Positions 20,349-31,210 of a stretch of DNA of 64,000 nucleotides are shown piece by piece. The stretch lies in contig CBDBCF010000001.1 in the NCBI GenBank assembly GCA_965202985.1, forward strand, positions 1,920,001-1,984,000, read 5' to 3'. This DNA is from Longimicrobiales bacterium. GTDB lineage: Bacteria; Gemmatimonadota; Gemmatimonadetes; Longimicrobiales; Gaopeijiaceae. The number at the start of each line of letters is the position of its first letter. Within the stretch, counting starts at the first letter, position 1. Both the position numbers and the translations under genes were made by a program. The notes beneath the pieces are model-generated. The model saw nothing but the letters and a program-made list of their open reading frames with translations, was not told the DNA's origin and did no database searches.

Positions 20349-21596
20349 ATGTCGCCTCCCGACATGGCCGCCACGGAACCGCGTGCTTCCAGCCCCGTCG
20401 CCGCCGGGGAGCGCATCGTGGCGCTGGACGTGTTGCGGGGCGTCGCCGTGCTGGGGATCCTTCTCGTGAACGTCAGGGCGTTCGCCATGGTGTCCGCGGC
20501 CTACGGGAACCCTACCGCCAACGACGGTCTGGAGGGCGCGGGGCTCTGGGTGTGGGCCGCGGTGCACGTGTTCGCCGACACCAAGTTCATCTCGATCTTC
20601 TCGGTGCTCTTCGGCGCCGGCATGGCGATGATGGCGGACCGGGCGGCCCAGCGGCGCGCGAGCGGAGCCGGCATCCACTACCGACGCCAGCTTTGGCTGC
20701 TCGTCTTCGGGCTGGCCCACGCCCACCTGATCTGGTTCGGCGACATCCTGGTGGCCTACGCCCTGTGCGGCTGCCTGCTGTACCCGCTGCGGAACCTGCG
20801 TCCCTGCGCGGCGCTGATCCTGGGCGGGTGCTGGACCGCCGTCGTGGTCCCGCTGTGGCTGGCGGTCGCGGCTTCGGTTCCGTACTGGTCCCCGGAGGAG
20901 CGGGCGGCGCAGGAGGCGGACTGGTCCCCTTCGCCGGAAGCGATGAACGCCGAGATCGCGGCATTTCGCGGGGGCTGGCTGGAGCAGATGCCTTTTCGCG
21001 TCGAAGGCGCCTTGGAGCTGGAGACGATCGTGTTCCTGGTCTACTTCCTGTGGCGCGCGGGGGGACTGATGCTGGTGGGCATGGGGCTGTACCGGCTGGG
21101 GGTGCTGGCGGCGGCTCGTTCGGCTCCGTTCTACAGGCGAATGGCGGCGGTCGGGCTGGCGGCCGGCCTCCCGGTGATCGCGGCGGGGATGGCGTACAAC
21201 TTGAGCGGCGGCTTCGCGTGGGAGCGGTCGATGTTCCAGGGAACGCTGTTCAACTACGTCGGGTCCGTGGGCGTCTTCCTGGCATACATGGGGCTGGTCA
21301 TGCTGGGCGTCAAGGCGGGCCGCTTCCCGCGTGTGCAGCGACGGTTGGCCGCCACGGGACGAATGGCCCTGACCAACTACATCGCCCAGAGCGTGCTCTG
21401 CACCTTCGTCTTCTACGGCCACGGGCTGGGACTCTTCGAGCAGGTGGGGGCGGTGGGGCAGATCGGCGTGGTGCTGGCCGCGTGGGCGGTGCAGCTGGCG
21501 TGGTCGCCCTGGTGGCTGCGCCGGTTCCGGTTCGGGCCGCTGGAATGGCTGTGGCGGATGCTGGTCTACATGAAGCGGCAACCGATGAAGGCGTAG
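20349..21596 (+). CDS. DUF418 (YeiB-like) membrane protein
   Basis: ERIVALDVLRGVAVLGIL, GDILVAYA, GRMALTNYIAQS and FGPLEWLWR. Confidence 0.9.
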   Translation: MSPPDMAATEPRASSPVAAGERIVALDVLRGVAVLGILLVNVRAFAMVSAAYGNPTANDGLEGAGLWVWAAVHVFADTKFISIFSVLFGAGMAMMADRAAQRRASGAGIHYRRQLWLLVFGLAHAHLIWFGDILVAYALCGCLLYPLRNLRPCAALILGGCWTAVVVPLWLAVAASVPYWSPEERAAQEADWSPSPEAMNAEIAAFRGGWLEQMPFRVEGALELETIVFLVYFLWRAGGLMLVGMGLYRLGVLAAARSAPFYRRMAAVGLAAGLPVIAAGMAYNLSGGFAWERSMFQGTLFNYVGSVGVFLAYMGLVMLGVKAGRFPRVQRRLAATGRMALTNYIAQSVLCTFVFYGHGLGLFEQVGAVGQIGVVLAAWAVQLAWSPWWLRRFRFGPLEWLWRMLVYMKRQPMKA

Positions 21597-21609
21597 CGGG
21601 GCGGGGGCC

Positions 21610-24348
21610 GTGGCTTCGAGACCGTTCGCCAGGCTGGCCGTGTGGTCGGGCGTGTTGGTGCTGGTGGTGCTGGCGGGGGCGCGAGGGGCGGGACCGCTTC
21701 CGCCGCTGGGGCCGCTTCTGGACCCCGTCCACGGCGTCTGGGGCGCCGCCTACTCGGCGCGGCTTCCCGGCTCGGCGGAGGCCGCGGTCCCCGGCCTGAG
21801 CGGCCCGGTGCGCGTGGTCTACGACGACCGTCGAGTGCCGCACGTCTTCGCGGCCACCGTGCCCGACGCCCATCGCGCCCTGGGCTACGTGGTGGCGCGG
21901 GACCGGCTCTTCCAGATGGAGCTCCAAGCCCGAGCCACGGCGGGCACGCTGTCCGAGCTTCTGGGCGCGTCCTTGTTGGAGGCCGACAGGGAGGTTCGAC
22001 GCCTGGGACTGGCCTGGGCGGCGGAGCGGGACATGGAACAGATGAAGCGCCAGCCCGAGCGCCGGCCCGAGGTCGCCGAAGCCGTCAACGCCTACGCCGA
22101 CGGGGTCAACGCCTTCGTGTCCAGCCTCTCGGCGGCCGAGCGGCCCTTCGAGTACCACCTGCTGGGCGCGGCGCCCGCCTCTTGGGCGCCCGTGCACACC
22201 TTCTACCTGCTCAAGCGCATGGGGTGGATACTGTCTTTTGCGCCCGTGGAGCTGGCCAAGGCGCGCGTCGAGGCGCTGGTGGGGCGCAGGGCGGCCGACG
22301 CGCTCTTCCCCGCGCGCAGCCCGGCCCAGGAGCCGATCGTCCCGTACCGGGGGTCGCGCTTCCTGGATGCGGCGATCCCGCCGCCGGAACCGCCTGCGTC
22401 CGCGTCCGAGCCGCCGAGCGCTTTGCTGCCGGGGTCGGCTCCGCGTTTGGCGGCGGCGACGGCAGCCGCGACAGTGGCCCGGCTCCAACCGCGCGTCGGC
22501 GGTGGTCCCTCTGTCGGCGGGCGCCCCTCTCCCCAAGCCGGCAGCAACAACTGGGCCGTGGCGCCGTCCCGGTCGGCCTCCGGCAACGCCGTGCTGGCCG
22601 GCGACCCCCACCTGTCCCTGAGCCTGCCCAGCATCTGGTACGAAGTGCACTTGGTGGTGCCCGGCGAGCTGGACGTGTACGGCGTGACCTTGGTCGGGAT
22701 GCCCGGCGTCGTGATCGGCTTCAACCGACACGTGGCGTGGTCGTTCACGAACACCGGCGCCGACGTCATGGACTACTACCGGGAGCGGCTGGACGACCCC
22801 GACGCCCCTTCCCGCTACCTGCTGGACGGTGCTTGGGATCCGCTGGAGACCCGCGTCGAGCGCTTCTACGGCCCGGGCGGACGACTGCTGGCCGTGGACA
22901 CGATCCGCCACACCCACCGAGGCCCGTTGCTGGAGCCGGAAGTTCGCCCGGGAACGCTGGACGGTGGCGACGGCGGGGCGGCGACGGGCGGTTCGGGACC
23001 TCCCGGATCGCGCGGAACGCCACAGGGGGCCATGTCGCTTCGCTGGACGGTCCTTGAAGGCCAGGAAGAGGTGGCGGCGCTGCTGAACGCGGCCCGGGCG
23101 CGCTCCACGGCCGAATGGCTGGACGCCACGTCGAGTTGGCACGCCCCCGCGCAGAACGGGCTCGTAGCCGGCGCCGACGGCCGAATCGCCGTCCACAGTC
23201 CCGCGTACTACCCCCGCCGTCCGCCGGGCGTCAGGGGCGACGCCGTGCTGGACGGCACCACCCGCGCCACGGATTGGCAGGGCCGTCGCGCCTTCTACCC
23301 CCGCGCCGAAGACCCGGAGCAGGGGTTCTTGGCGTCGGCCAACCAGCAGCCCGTGGACCCCGAATCGGACAGCGCCTATCTGGGCGCCGACTGGCCGCCG
23401 CCGTGGCGCGCCATGACGATCAACGAACTCCTTCGGGCCAAGGAACGACACTCGGCGGCGGACTTGGAGGCGTACCAAACCCATCCCGCCAGCGTGCGCG
23501 CGCGACCGTTCGTGGAGGCGTTCCTGGCGGCCGCGGGATCACGCACCGAGGTCGATTCGGGGGCGGCCGTGGACACGGAAGCGCGGGCGGATGCGCAGGC
23601 CGACGCCGCCGAGGCCGCGCGCCTGTTGGCCGAGTGGGACGGCCGCTACGGTCCCGAGAACGAGCGGGCCGTCCTCTTCGAGGCCGCCATGGACGCCCTG
23701 GAAGACGCCCTGTGGGACGAACTGGAGGACGCGGACGGCGAGCGCGCGGCGACGCCCGGCTCGGCGGTGCTGCGGACGCTGCTGGCGGCGCCGGACAGCC
23801 CGTGGTGGGACGACCGGACCACCCCCTTCGTCGAAGACCGGGACGCCCTGCTGACCCGGGCGTTGGCGGAGGCGCTCGTCCAAGTCCGCGCTCGCCTTGG
23901 TCCGGAGGCCGACGGCGGCTGGGCATGGCGCAACGCGGGTCGCCACAACGTCTACCACCTGCTCCGCATCCCGGCGTTGTCGCGCTTGGAGTTGCCGGCC
24001 AGGGGAGGTCCCCATCTGCTCAACCCCGTCTCCGGCGCCGGAACGCACGGGGCCAGCTGGCGCATGGTCGTGGAGCTGGGCGACACGGTCCGGGCGCGGG
24101 GAACCTATCCGGGCGGACAGTCCGGCAACCCCGTGTCCGCGGCGTACGACGACCGGCTCGGCCACTGGGTCCGGGGCGAACTCCAAGACCTGCGCTTCCC
24201 GCGCACCGAAGCCGAACTGCGCGCCGCCGGCCAGGTCCGCGCGGAACTCGTCCTGGTGGGGGCGACGACGGGGGCGGGCGGGGATGCTGCTGGGGCAGGC
24301 ACGGACGCAGCCGGCGGCAGGGCGGCACGGGCGGAGACGCGGCGATGA
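21610..24348 (+). CDS. penicillin acylase family Ntn-hydrolase
   Basis: VPHVFA, DRLFQME, GSNNWAV (catalytic Ser), GDPHL and PGGQSGNP. Confidence 0.92.
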   Translation: MASRPFARLAVWSGVLVLVVLAGARGAGPLPPLGPLLDPVHGVWGAAYSARLPGSAEAAVPGLSGPVRVVYDDRRVPHVFAATVPDAHRALGYVVARDRLFQMELQARATAGTLSELLGASLLEADREVRRLGLAWAAERDMEQMKRQPERRPEVAEAVNAYADGVNAFVSSLSAAERPFEYHLLGAAPASWAPVHTFYLLKRMGWILSFAPVELAKARVEALVGRRAADALFPARSPAQEPIVPYRGSRFLDAAIPPPEPPASASEPPSALLPGSAPRLAAATAAATVARLQPRVGGGPSVGGRPSPQAGSNNWAVAPSRSASGNAVLAGDPHLSLSLPSIWYEVHLVVPGELDVYGVTLVGMPGVVIGFNRHVAWSFTNTGADVMDYYRERLDDPDAPSRYLLDGAWDPLETRVERFYGPGGRLLAVDTIRHTHRGPLLEPEVRPGTLDGGDGGAATGGSGPPGSRGTPQGAMSLRWTVLEGQEEVAALLNAARARSTAEWLDATSSWHAPAQNGLVAGADGRIAVHSPAYYPRRPPGVRGDAVLDGTTRATDWQGRRAFYPRAEDPEQGFLASANQQPVDPESDSAYLGADWPPPWRAMTINELLRAKERHSAADLEAYQTHPASVRARPFVEAFLAAAGSRTEVDSGAAVDTEARADAQADAAEAARLLAEWDGRYGPENERAVLFEAAMDALEDALWDELEDADGERAATPGSAVLRTLLAAPDSPWWDDRTTPFVEDRDALLTRALAEALVQVRARLGPEADGGWAWRNAGRHNVYHLLRIPALSRLELPARGGPHLLNPVSGAGTHGASWRMVVELGDTVRARGTYPGGQSGNPVSAAYDDRLGHWVRGELQDLRFPRTEAELRAAGQVRAELVLVGATTGAGGDAAGAGTDAAGGRAARAETRR

Positions 24349-24710
24349 TCGGGCGGCTGCTGGCAGGCGCCGTGGCTGTTGCGGCGAGCACTTGGTGGGT
24401 GGGGTGGATTGCCTTGCCGGTGGCGGGGGCCGCGCTCGGGGTTGCGTGGGCGGAAAGGATGCCGGTTCGACGGGCGGCGGCGTGCGGGGCCGGCGGCTGG
24501 GGGCTCTTGCTGCTGGCGGGTGCCGCCCGCGGGCCGGTAGGCCGGCTGGCCGAGGTGGTCGGAGGCGTCTTCGGGGGCTTGCCGGGGGTCGCCTTTGTTG
24601 CCGTGGTCTTGCTGTTCGCCGCCCTGCTGGCGGGCGCTGCCGGGGGCGCGACGGCGGCGATTGCGGACGCGGTGCGGGCAGGCCGGACGGCCAGGCAGGA
24701 TCGGTCCTGA
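24345..24710 (+). CDS. hypothetical membrane protein
   Basis: ATGA overlap with the acylase stop; about four hydrophobic helices. Confidence 0.6.
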   Translation: MIGRLLAGAVAVAASTWWVGWIALPVAGAALGVAWAERMPVRRAAACGAGGWGLLLLAGAARGPVGRLAEVVGGVFGGLPGVAFVAVVLLFAALLAGAAGGATAAIADAVRAGRTARQDRS

Positions 24711-24712
24711 AG

Positions 24713-26572
24713 GTGTCGCAAAAGGCGCACGACGTGCTGCGGCGCGTCTTCGGCTACACCGAGTTCCGGGGTCAGCAGGAAGAGATCGTCGCCCGCGTGA
24801 CGGCCGGCGAAGACGGCCTGGTCCTCATGCCCACCGGCGGCGGCAAGTCCCTCTGCTACCAGATCCCCGCCATGCTGCGCCCCGGCGTCGGCGTGGTCGT
24901 GTCGCCGCTGATCGCTCTCATGCGCGACCAAGTCGAGTCCCTGCGACAGGCCGGCGTCCGCGCCGCGTGCCTCAACTCCAGCTTGTCGTACCACGAGGTT
25001 CGGAAGGTGGAGTCGGCGCTCCGCGCCCGGCGGCTGGACCTGCTGTACGTCGCGCCCGAGCGCCTGCTGGGCGACCGCACGCTGGACCTTCTGTCCGACA
25101 CGCCCCTTGCCCTGTTCGCCATCGACGAGGCCCACTGCGTGTCCCAATGGGGCCACGACTTCCGGCCCGAGTACCTTCGCCTGTCCGTCCTGCCCGAGCG
25201 CTTCCCGGGCGTGCCCCGAATCGCCCTTACCGCCACGGCCGACGAGCCCACCCGCCGCGAGATCGTGGACCGCCTTGGGCTGGCGGACGCGCACCGGTTC
25301 GTCAGCGGCTTCGACCGCCCCAACATCCGCTACTCGGTTGTCCCCAAGAACAACCCCCGCAAGCAGCTGCGCGACTTCTTGGAGCAGCGGCACCGGGGTC
25401 GCTCGGGGATCGTCTACTGCCTGTCGCGCAACCGAGTGGACAAGACCGCCGAGTGGCTGCAAGGGCTGGGCGTGGACGCGCTTCCCTACCACGCCGGGCT
25501 GGGCAAGGCCGAGCGCCAGTGGAACCAAGATCGATTCCTGCGCGAGGAGGGCGTCGTGATGGCGGCGACGATTGCGTTCGGCATGGGCATCGACAAGCCC
25601 GACGTGCGGTTTGTGGCCCACATGGACCTGCCCAAGAGCATCGAAGCCTACTACCAGGAGACGGGACGCGCGGGGCGCGACGGAGAACCCGCCGACGCGT
25701 GGATGGCCTACGGGCTCCAGGACGTGGTCACGCTGCGCCACATGGTGGAGAACTCCGAAGCCGGGGCCGACCGCAAGCGACTTGAAATCCGCAAGCTGGA
25801 CGCCCTGCTGGGCTACTGCGAACTGACCACCTGCCGCCGTCGCACCCTGCTCTCCTACTTCGGGGAAGAGATGGCCGAGCCGTGCGGCAACTGCGACAAC
25901 TGCCTGACCCCCGTGGAAGCCTGGGACGCCACCGAGGCCGCGCAGAAGGCACTATCGTGCGTGTCGCGGACAGGCCAGCGCTTCGGCGCCGTCTACGTGA
26001 TCAACGTCCTGCGGGGCCGCGACGACGAGCGAATCCGCCGCTTCGGCCACGACGCCCTGTCCACCTACGGCATCGGCCGCGACCTGGGACCGTACGAGTG
26101 GCGGTCCGTCTTCCGGCAACTGGTGGCGCGCGGGCTGCTCAAGGTGGACATGGAGGGCTACGGAACCCTCAGCCTCACCGAAGCCAGTCGTCCGGTGCTG
26201 CGCGGCGAAATCCGAGTCCACATGCGCCGCGACCTGCGCCCCAAGCCGGCCCCCCGTCCTCGCAAGCCGAAGGCCGGGAAGCCCGCCCAAGGTCCGGCCC
26301 ACGCCGGCGCGCTGGTCCCTTCCGAGTCGGGGGCCGAAGGTGCGCCGCCCTGGGACGAAAAGCTGTGGGAAGCCCTGCGGGAGCGCCGCCTGGAGCTGGC
26401 CCGCGAGCAGGGGGTGCCCCCCTACGTCGTCTTCCACGACTCCAGCCTGCGCGAGATGGTGGAGCGGCGACCGCAAACGCCGGAGGAGTTCGCCCAGATC
26501 ACCGGCGTCGGCGACACGAAGCTCGAACGCTACGGCGAGGCGTTCCTGGAGGTGATGCGGAGGCACGAGTGA
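24713..26572 (+). CDS. recQ: ATP-dependent DNA helicase RecQ
   Basis: [42 protein letters not shown] Zn cysteines and an HRDC domain. Confidence 0.96.
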   Translation: MSQKAHDVLRRVFGYTEFRGQQEEIVARVTAGEDGLVLMPTGGGKSLCYQIPAMLRPGVGVVVSPLIALMRDQVESLRQAGVRAACLNSSLSYHEVRKVESALRARRLDLLYVAPERLLGDRTLDLLSDTPLALFAIDEAHCVSQWGHDFRPEYLRLSVLPERFPGVPRIALTATADEPTRREIVDRLGLADAHRFVSGFDRPNIRYSVVPKNNPRKQLRDFLEQRHRGRSGIVYCLSRNRVDKTAEWLQGLGVDALPYHAGLGKAERQWNQDRFLREEGVVMAATIAFGMGIDKPDVRFVAHMDLPKSIEAYYQETGRAGRDGEPADAWMAYGLQDVVTLRHMVENSEAGADRKRLEIRKLDALLGYCELTTCRRRTLLSYFGEEMAEPCGNCDNCLTPVEAWDATEAAQKALSCVSRTGQRFGAVYVINVLRGRDDERIRRFGHDALSTYGIGRDLGPYEWRSVFRQLVARGLLKVDMEGYGTLSLTEASRPVLRGEIRVHMRRDLRPKPAPRPRKPKAGKPAQGPAHAGALVPSESGAEGAPPWDEKLWEALRERRLELAREQGVPPYVVFHDSSLREMVERRPQTPEEFAQITGVGDTKLERYGEAFLEVMRRHE

Positions 26573-26747
26573 AGTGATGCTATGCATCAACGACCATGAG
26601 TTTCACCACTAGGCTGACCAAGCGTCATTCTTCTTCGGCAAGATCCACGCGGCTGCCAAGAGCTGCTCCGGGGTCAACCCGGATCGGTCGATGTGGCTGG
26701 CGAATTCGTGTGTCGCCGAGCTGGCGGAATCCGTTTCGACCGACTAG

Positions 26748-28275
26748 CAGCCCGTGGATAAACGGGTTTGGCGCGTGCGCGACGGAACTTGGCGGGACAC
26801 GGGCGTTTACCGGGCTCTCGACGGCGCGAACGCGCGGAATTCGCGGAATTGGGCTTGAAGCGGCCCGAGGAGGCGCTCGAGCGGCCCGAGAGCGGCCGAT
26901 GGGCGGCAAAATCGGCGCAAAACGGAGGAGGAGGCGCCCGTCGCGCAGGAATCGAGCACAGCTTGCGCTGCGGCGGGGCGGCCCTGCAGGCCCCGAGGCG
27001 TGCCGACGCCGAAGCGCCTTCGCATGAGCAGTCCGAGGTTGAAGGCGGCGACGTGAATCAGCATCCGCTTGCGGATGTCCTCGTGGCCGCGAACGTGCAC
27101 GCGGCGAAGCCCGCCCGTCTCCAGCAGGTGCGCGAACGAGCGCTCGAGCTTCTCGCCCCGCATCCTCAGCAGCGCCTTGCCGCGCTCGCCCCGAATCCGC
27201 CGCCGGTTCGCGTAGACCGGCTTCTGGGCTTCCTTGTTCTGCTTCCAGCTCCGCCGACCGCGCTCGGGCTCGCTCACGTAGCCGCGCAGCCCCCGGTCCT
27301 CCAACTCCGTCATCGTCCTGTTCGAGTGATAGCCTTTGTCGCACACCACTTCCGCCGCCCCAGCACCCAGCTCCGCCAGCCGCCGCTCCGCCTCGTCCAG
27401 CGTCTCCGGCAGCGACGCCGCGTCGCCCCCGTCCGTCGTCTGCACCGTCACGCCCACCACGGCCCCCGACTCCAGGTCCACCGCCTGCTCCAGCTTGTGA
27501 CCAAGCCGCGTGCGCCCGTCCTTCATCTTCGTGATCCGCGCCTCCGGGTCCCCCGGATGCACCCACTCCGCGTTCGACCCCTTCTTCGGACGCTTCCGGT
27601 CCAGCTTCGCCAACTCCGCGCGCGTCGGCGTCTCGATCCCCGACGACCGCGCCAGCTCCCGCAGCCACGCCTCGTAGCCCGTGCCCGCGTCCCGACGCAC
27701 GATCGAGCGCATCGCCGCGTTCGCCTCCAAAGTCGTCGAGTCCACGCCCAGCGTCCCGCCCCCCAGCAGCCCCGAGTCGTCCACCAGCCGCAGCACGCGC
27801 GCGAACACCGCCACGTGCGCCTCCACGCTCAGCCGCTTGCGCGTCTTCGACAGGCTCGAATGGTCCGGCGGGTTCCTCGTCAGCTCGTACCCCAGGAACG
27901 CCCGCACCGAAAACGAGTCCCTGCACCGCCAGGCGATGCCCCGCTCCGACGAGATGCCCTCCAAGTACCCCACCATCAGCGCCCGGAAGTACACACTCGG
28001 AGGAACTCCCGGCCGGCCCACGTTGCCCGCGTAGAACTCGGCGCACACCTCCTCCGCGAACTCGTCGAACCCGTCCTCCCGCAACAGCTTGTCCAGCGCG
28101 CGGTAGACGGGTGCTCGGTCACGCTGATCTCGCTGGTCGCCACGAACAGCGCCTCCTGGCGCACGCTCGGACGCTTGCCCAACGCCATCGCCGTCCTCCT
28201 TCCAGGGAATCGTCGCTTCCCTCCAAGCTAACCCCTATCCCCAACGCCGACCGGAAGGACTTTATCCACGGGCTG
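26748..28275 (-). mobile_element. IS5/IS1182-like insertion sequence with 15-bp terminal IRs and CTAG target duplication
   Basis: CTAG|cagcccgtggataaa at 26744-26762 and tttatccacgggctg|CTAG at 28261-28279 flank a DDE transposase. Confidence 0.9.
26807..28188 (-). pseudogene. DDE transposase, frameshifted near 28107
   Basis: The N-terminus (ATG 28188, AGGAGG RBS) is in a different frame from the body (PDHSSLS, VDSTTLEANA, DKGY, ERSFA). The second copy has the extra base (HPFYRALDKLL). Confidence 0.8.
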
Positions 28276-28387
28276 CTAGGCCACCTTCGGTGCCTGTTTC
28301 CAAGTATTCGCCGACGGCCTCGGACACGAAGGCCGTGACTTCCCGTCGGCGTGGTTGTTCAACGACCCGAAGTTCAATACTGCCCCA

Positions 28388-30184
28388 CTAAGGCCTTGCT
28401 GTCACCTTTTTGATTTCCGAAGACACTCGTTTCGCGCGCGCCTTGATGTACTGGCTGTATCGCTTTTCGATCGTGCCTTTCGTCCACATCGCATCGTAAG
28501 GCACCAAGTGACTCTCAACCCGATCCCGCAGGTCGTCCTCTGAAACTCCTCCCTCCAAGATGTCATCAAAGTAATCGCGAGGATCAGACTTCGCGAGCCT
28601 TCGATTCGTGAATCGACTGAGGAGCACTCCGTTCAGTCCATGCTGGATGCGTGTACGGTCGATTCCTTCCCTCTTGAGAATGTCCCGAGGAAAGACATGA
28701 TGCCTGTCCAGGCGCCTCTTATCTTCCAGTTCTCGAATACGCTCGGCATCAAACTTCTGTCCTGTGGCCCAGTCAAGTGGTCCACGACGGGAGACCAACG
28801 CTGCCACTGCCCGTCCAAGTCTCCCACTCCCAATCCATGGGAGTGATTCCACAAGCTGATCTGTTCCGGGTACGGGATGGACGTCTTCATTGAACACCTC
28901 GGGCAACAAACCTACAACTCTGCCGTGTTCGCTGATCTCCGCAATGCATCGGCAAAGATCGGTGTAGTCACCGAGCAGGCGATCGTTGGCTTGTGCTTCA
29001 TGACGATTGGTGACGAGTGACCGCCAGTAGTATGCAGACATCAGCTTGTCTTGCTGATTAATCTTCAGTGGATCACGAAGCCCATTCGCCTTGCCTTGGA
29101 TGGCCGCAATGACGTGCAGAGGAGGCCAGCTCGGCAACGTCCGCATCGTCGGCGAACCCTGGCGTGCTGCAATGCGCAAAGTAGCTTCCAGATCCTTCAG
29201 CAGGTCATCTAATCCGGCGAGCCCATCATTTACTATCATAGACTCAAAGGCGTCTTCGTAGTTAGATTCCTTTGGTGCCCTCCCCGATTTGAGACAGGCT
29301 ACCCTCAGCATCCATTCGCCTACATCCGGTATCCATTCTTCCGAATCGGGTTTGAAGTAGTGTTCCATTAGATCACTGCTCCGAACCGAGTCGTGGACTT
29401 TTTCCCTCAAGTCTTCACCATACTTGCCCCTCGCCAAAGCCACAACGATGTCGAATCGCTTGATCTGCACGGACGAACTATTTGTTTCAACAAATATATC
29501 TACCGCGACGCTAGTCTTTGTGGATTTGTACAGGTTGCAGTACCATAAATGCCGATTGAACAACAATTCTTCTCTGAGATGGGTCCGAATGGCCTTGTCA
29601 AGCAAGGCGACATCCCGACTTCCACCGTTCCCCTGAGCAGTGTGGCACCAGTGCCATATCTCACCGAGCTCGGTGCCCGTTTCTTTATCCAATTGTGCCT
29701 TTCTATCAAACAGTATGTCTATGGGCACACATTTGTTATCATAAGCAAATCGTGGATCCTCAAGTCTCCTGCCGAATCCCGTTCCCGGCGAGTAGAAGGT
29801 GACACCAGCTACGTTCAGGTCCAATGTTGCTAAGTCGGGCACCTGAAGGTAGAACCGATGTCTCGGGTTAGCCTCCCCGCCAAGTGCCTTCCAAAGCGAA
29901 GTCAGGCGTTGTTGCCCGTCAAGCACCAATTCCTTTGCTCGACCCGTTTGGGTTGACATGCCGTTGAATCGCCTTGATCCAAACTGCGGTTCACGTGCGG
30001 ATTCTAGAATCAAGAACGTACCCGTCGGGCGATTCTTCATAACTGCCATGAGGTACTGTGCAGTTCGGGCCGGATTCCATACCCAGCTTCGCTGAAAATC
30101 GGGCAGCGCCAGTGTACCGTTGTCGGCCATGTCCAACCATTGGTGAATGTGTCTGCTCTTGTACTCAGCCATCTGTGCTGTCAC
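28388..30184 (-). CDS. DUF262 (ParB-like) + HNH/DUF1524-like protein, GmrSD/SspE-type nuclease
   Basis: LPDFQRSWVW, LVLDGQQRLTSL, IFVETNS, and C-terminal DRHHVFPR...NGVLL...TNRRL. GAGGAGG RBS before the GTG at 30184. Confidence 0.85.
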   Translation of the reverse strand: MTAQMAEYKSRHIHQWLDMADNGTLALPDFQRSWVWNPARTAQYLMAVMKNRPTGTFLILESAREPQFGSRRFNGMSTQTGRAKELVLDGQQRLTSLWKALGGEANPRHRFYLQVPDLATLDLNVAGVTFYSPGTGFGRRLEDPRFAYDNKCVPIDILFDRKAQLDKETGTELGEIWHWCHTAQGNGGSRDVALLDKAIRTHLREELLFNRHLWYCNLYKSTKTSVAVDIFVETNSSSVQIKRFDIVVALARGKYGEDLREKVHDSVRSSDLMEHYFKPDSEEWIPDVGEWMLRVACLKSGRAPKESNYEDAFESMIVNDGLAGLDDLLKDLEATLRIAARQGSPTMRTLPSWPPLHVIAAIQGKANGLRDPLKINQQDKLMSAYYWRSLVTNRHEAQANDRLLGDYTDLCRCIAEISEHGRVVGLLPEVFNEDVHPVPGTDQLVESLPWIGSGRLGRAVAALVSRRGPLDWATGQKFDAERIRELEDKRRLDRHHVFPRDILKREGIDRTRIQHGLNGVLLSRFTNRRLAKSDPRDYFDDILEGGVSEDDLRDRVESHLVPYDAMWTKGTIEKRYSQYIKARAKRVSSEIKKVTARP

Positions 30185-30426
30185 TGATGCATCCTCCTCG
30201 TACGAGTGAGCTTCTTTTTGCGAGGACGAAGCCGTAAGGCCTCTAGCAGATCGTCGAGAGCCGACGACCTGTCGCTCGCAGCGTCCACAGGAAGATAGCG
30301 GTTTCTCTGCTTCGATCCAAGTGACTCGGCGGCCACCGCTACACTCCGACGGAGGCGGGTGAAACGGCCGTCGGGCAATGTCGGAAGCGCCGGAGCCGGC
30401 CGACGCGGTGCTCGTCGCTTGGCCAT
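30181..30426 (-). CDS. 81-aa ORF coupled to the DUF262 gene; possibly a remnant of a paralogue of 33665..34537
   Basis: GGGGAGG RBS. Its stop overlaps the DUF262 GTG. 'LPDGRFTRLRRS' resembles 'LDNAAFSRLRRD'. Confidence 0.45.
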   Translation of the reverse strand: MAKRRAPRRPAPALPTLPDGRFTRLRRSVAVAAESLGSKQRNRYLPVDAASDRSSALDDLLEALRLRPRKKKLTRTRRMHQ

Positions 30427-30472
30427 GGCCTGTTCGACCTCCCCTCAGCGGATCTGCTTGCGCCACGGCTAG

Positions 30473-31210
30473 GAGCCCGTGGCGCACAGCGCACGGCGGG
30501 GGAAGCGGAGCCGGGCGTGGCGTGTTGGCGGGAGACGGTGGGGGCGCGCGCGCATGTCCGGGCGTGCGGGGCGGCTAGGTGCCGAACCGATCGGTGGGCC
30601 GTTCGGGGTGCCCGAGGGTGTGGCGAGGGCGCCGAGAGGCCGGATCCGGGTGAGAAAAGGCCGAGTTCGGGCAAGAAAAGGCGCGCAGGGCGTGCGGAGC
30701 GCTTCGTCGGGCGCACGGCCCCCCTGTTGCGGGCGGTTGGAGAACAGCGTCCGGGTTCGTCGGCGGTCGCATCGCCGGCGCTTCGCCCAAGTTCTCCTTG
30801 GCCCGTTCGAGCACTGGCTCCAAGCAGTCGGCCGGCTGGTTCGTCACCCCGTGCACCACGACGACCTGCGCGGCCTCGTCCACCCCCGGCCGCGCGTTGT
30901 ACGCCTGCACGAACCCGTGCGTTCCCAACGCATGACGTGACTCTTCGGATCCGTGAAGTTGCGCTGCGCCCCGTCCCTTCGCCACCGCCGGGTTGCCGTG
31001 GCCCGCCGCCGTTTGCTCCATGCCAGCCGCCTGCGGTCCGCAGCTTGCGCGCCCGCGTCAACCGCGTCGCCTCTTCCAGCCGCGCCTTCGCCTCCCGAAT
31101 CCGCGCCAGCCGGTCCTCGCGCCGACTCAACTTCTCCGGCAACCCGTCGGTGCCGCTCCCCTCCCCTCGCTCCGACTCGGCGCGTCCGCTGCCTCCGCCT
31201 CCGCCAGCAT
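30473..31210 (-). mobile_element. degenerate IS1182-family element (transposase remnant)
   Basis: Fragments in several frames: PEKLSRREDRLARIREAKARLE, RNFTDPKSHVM, GFVQAYNA..VDEAAQVVV. End CTAG|gagcccgtgg at 30469. Confidence 0.7.

Noticed and set aside
26575..26745. Possible small gene split by the IS (26575-26743 joined to 28280-28385)
   Set aside because: The rejoined sequence gives an open stretch but no convincing start or recognisable motif.
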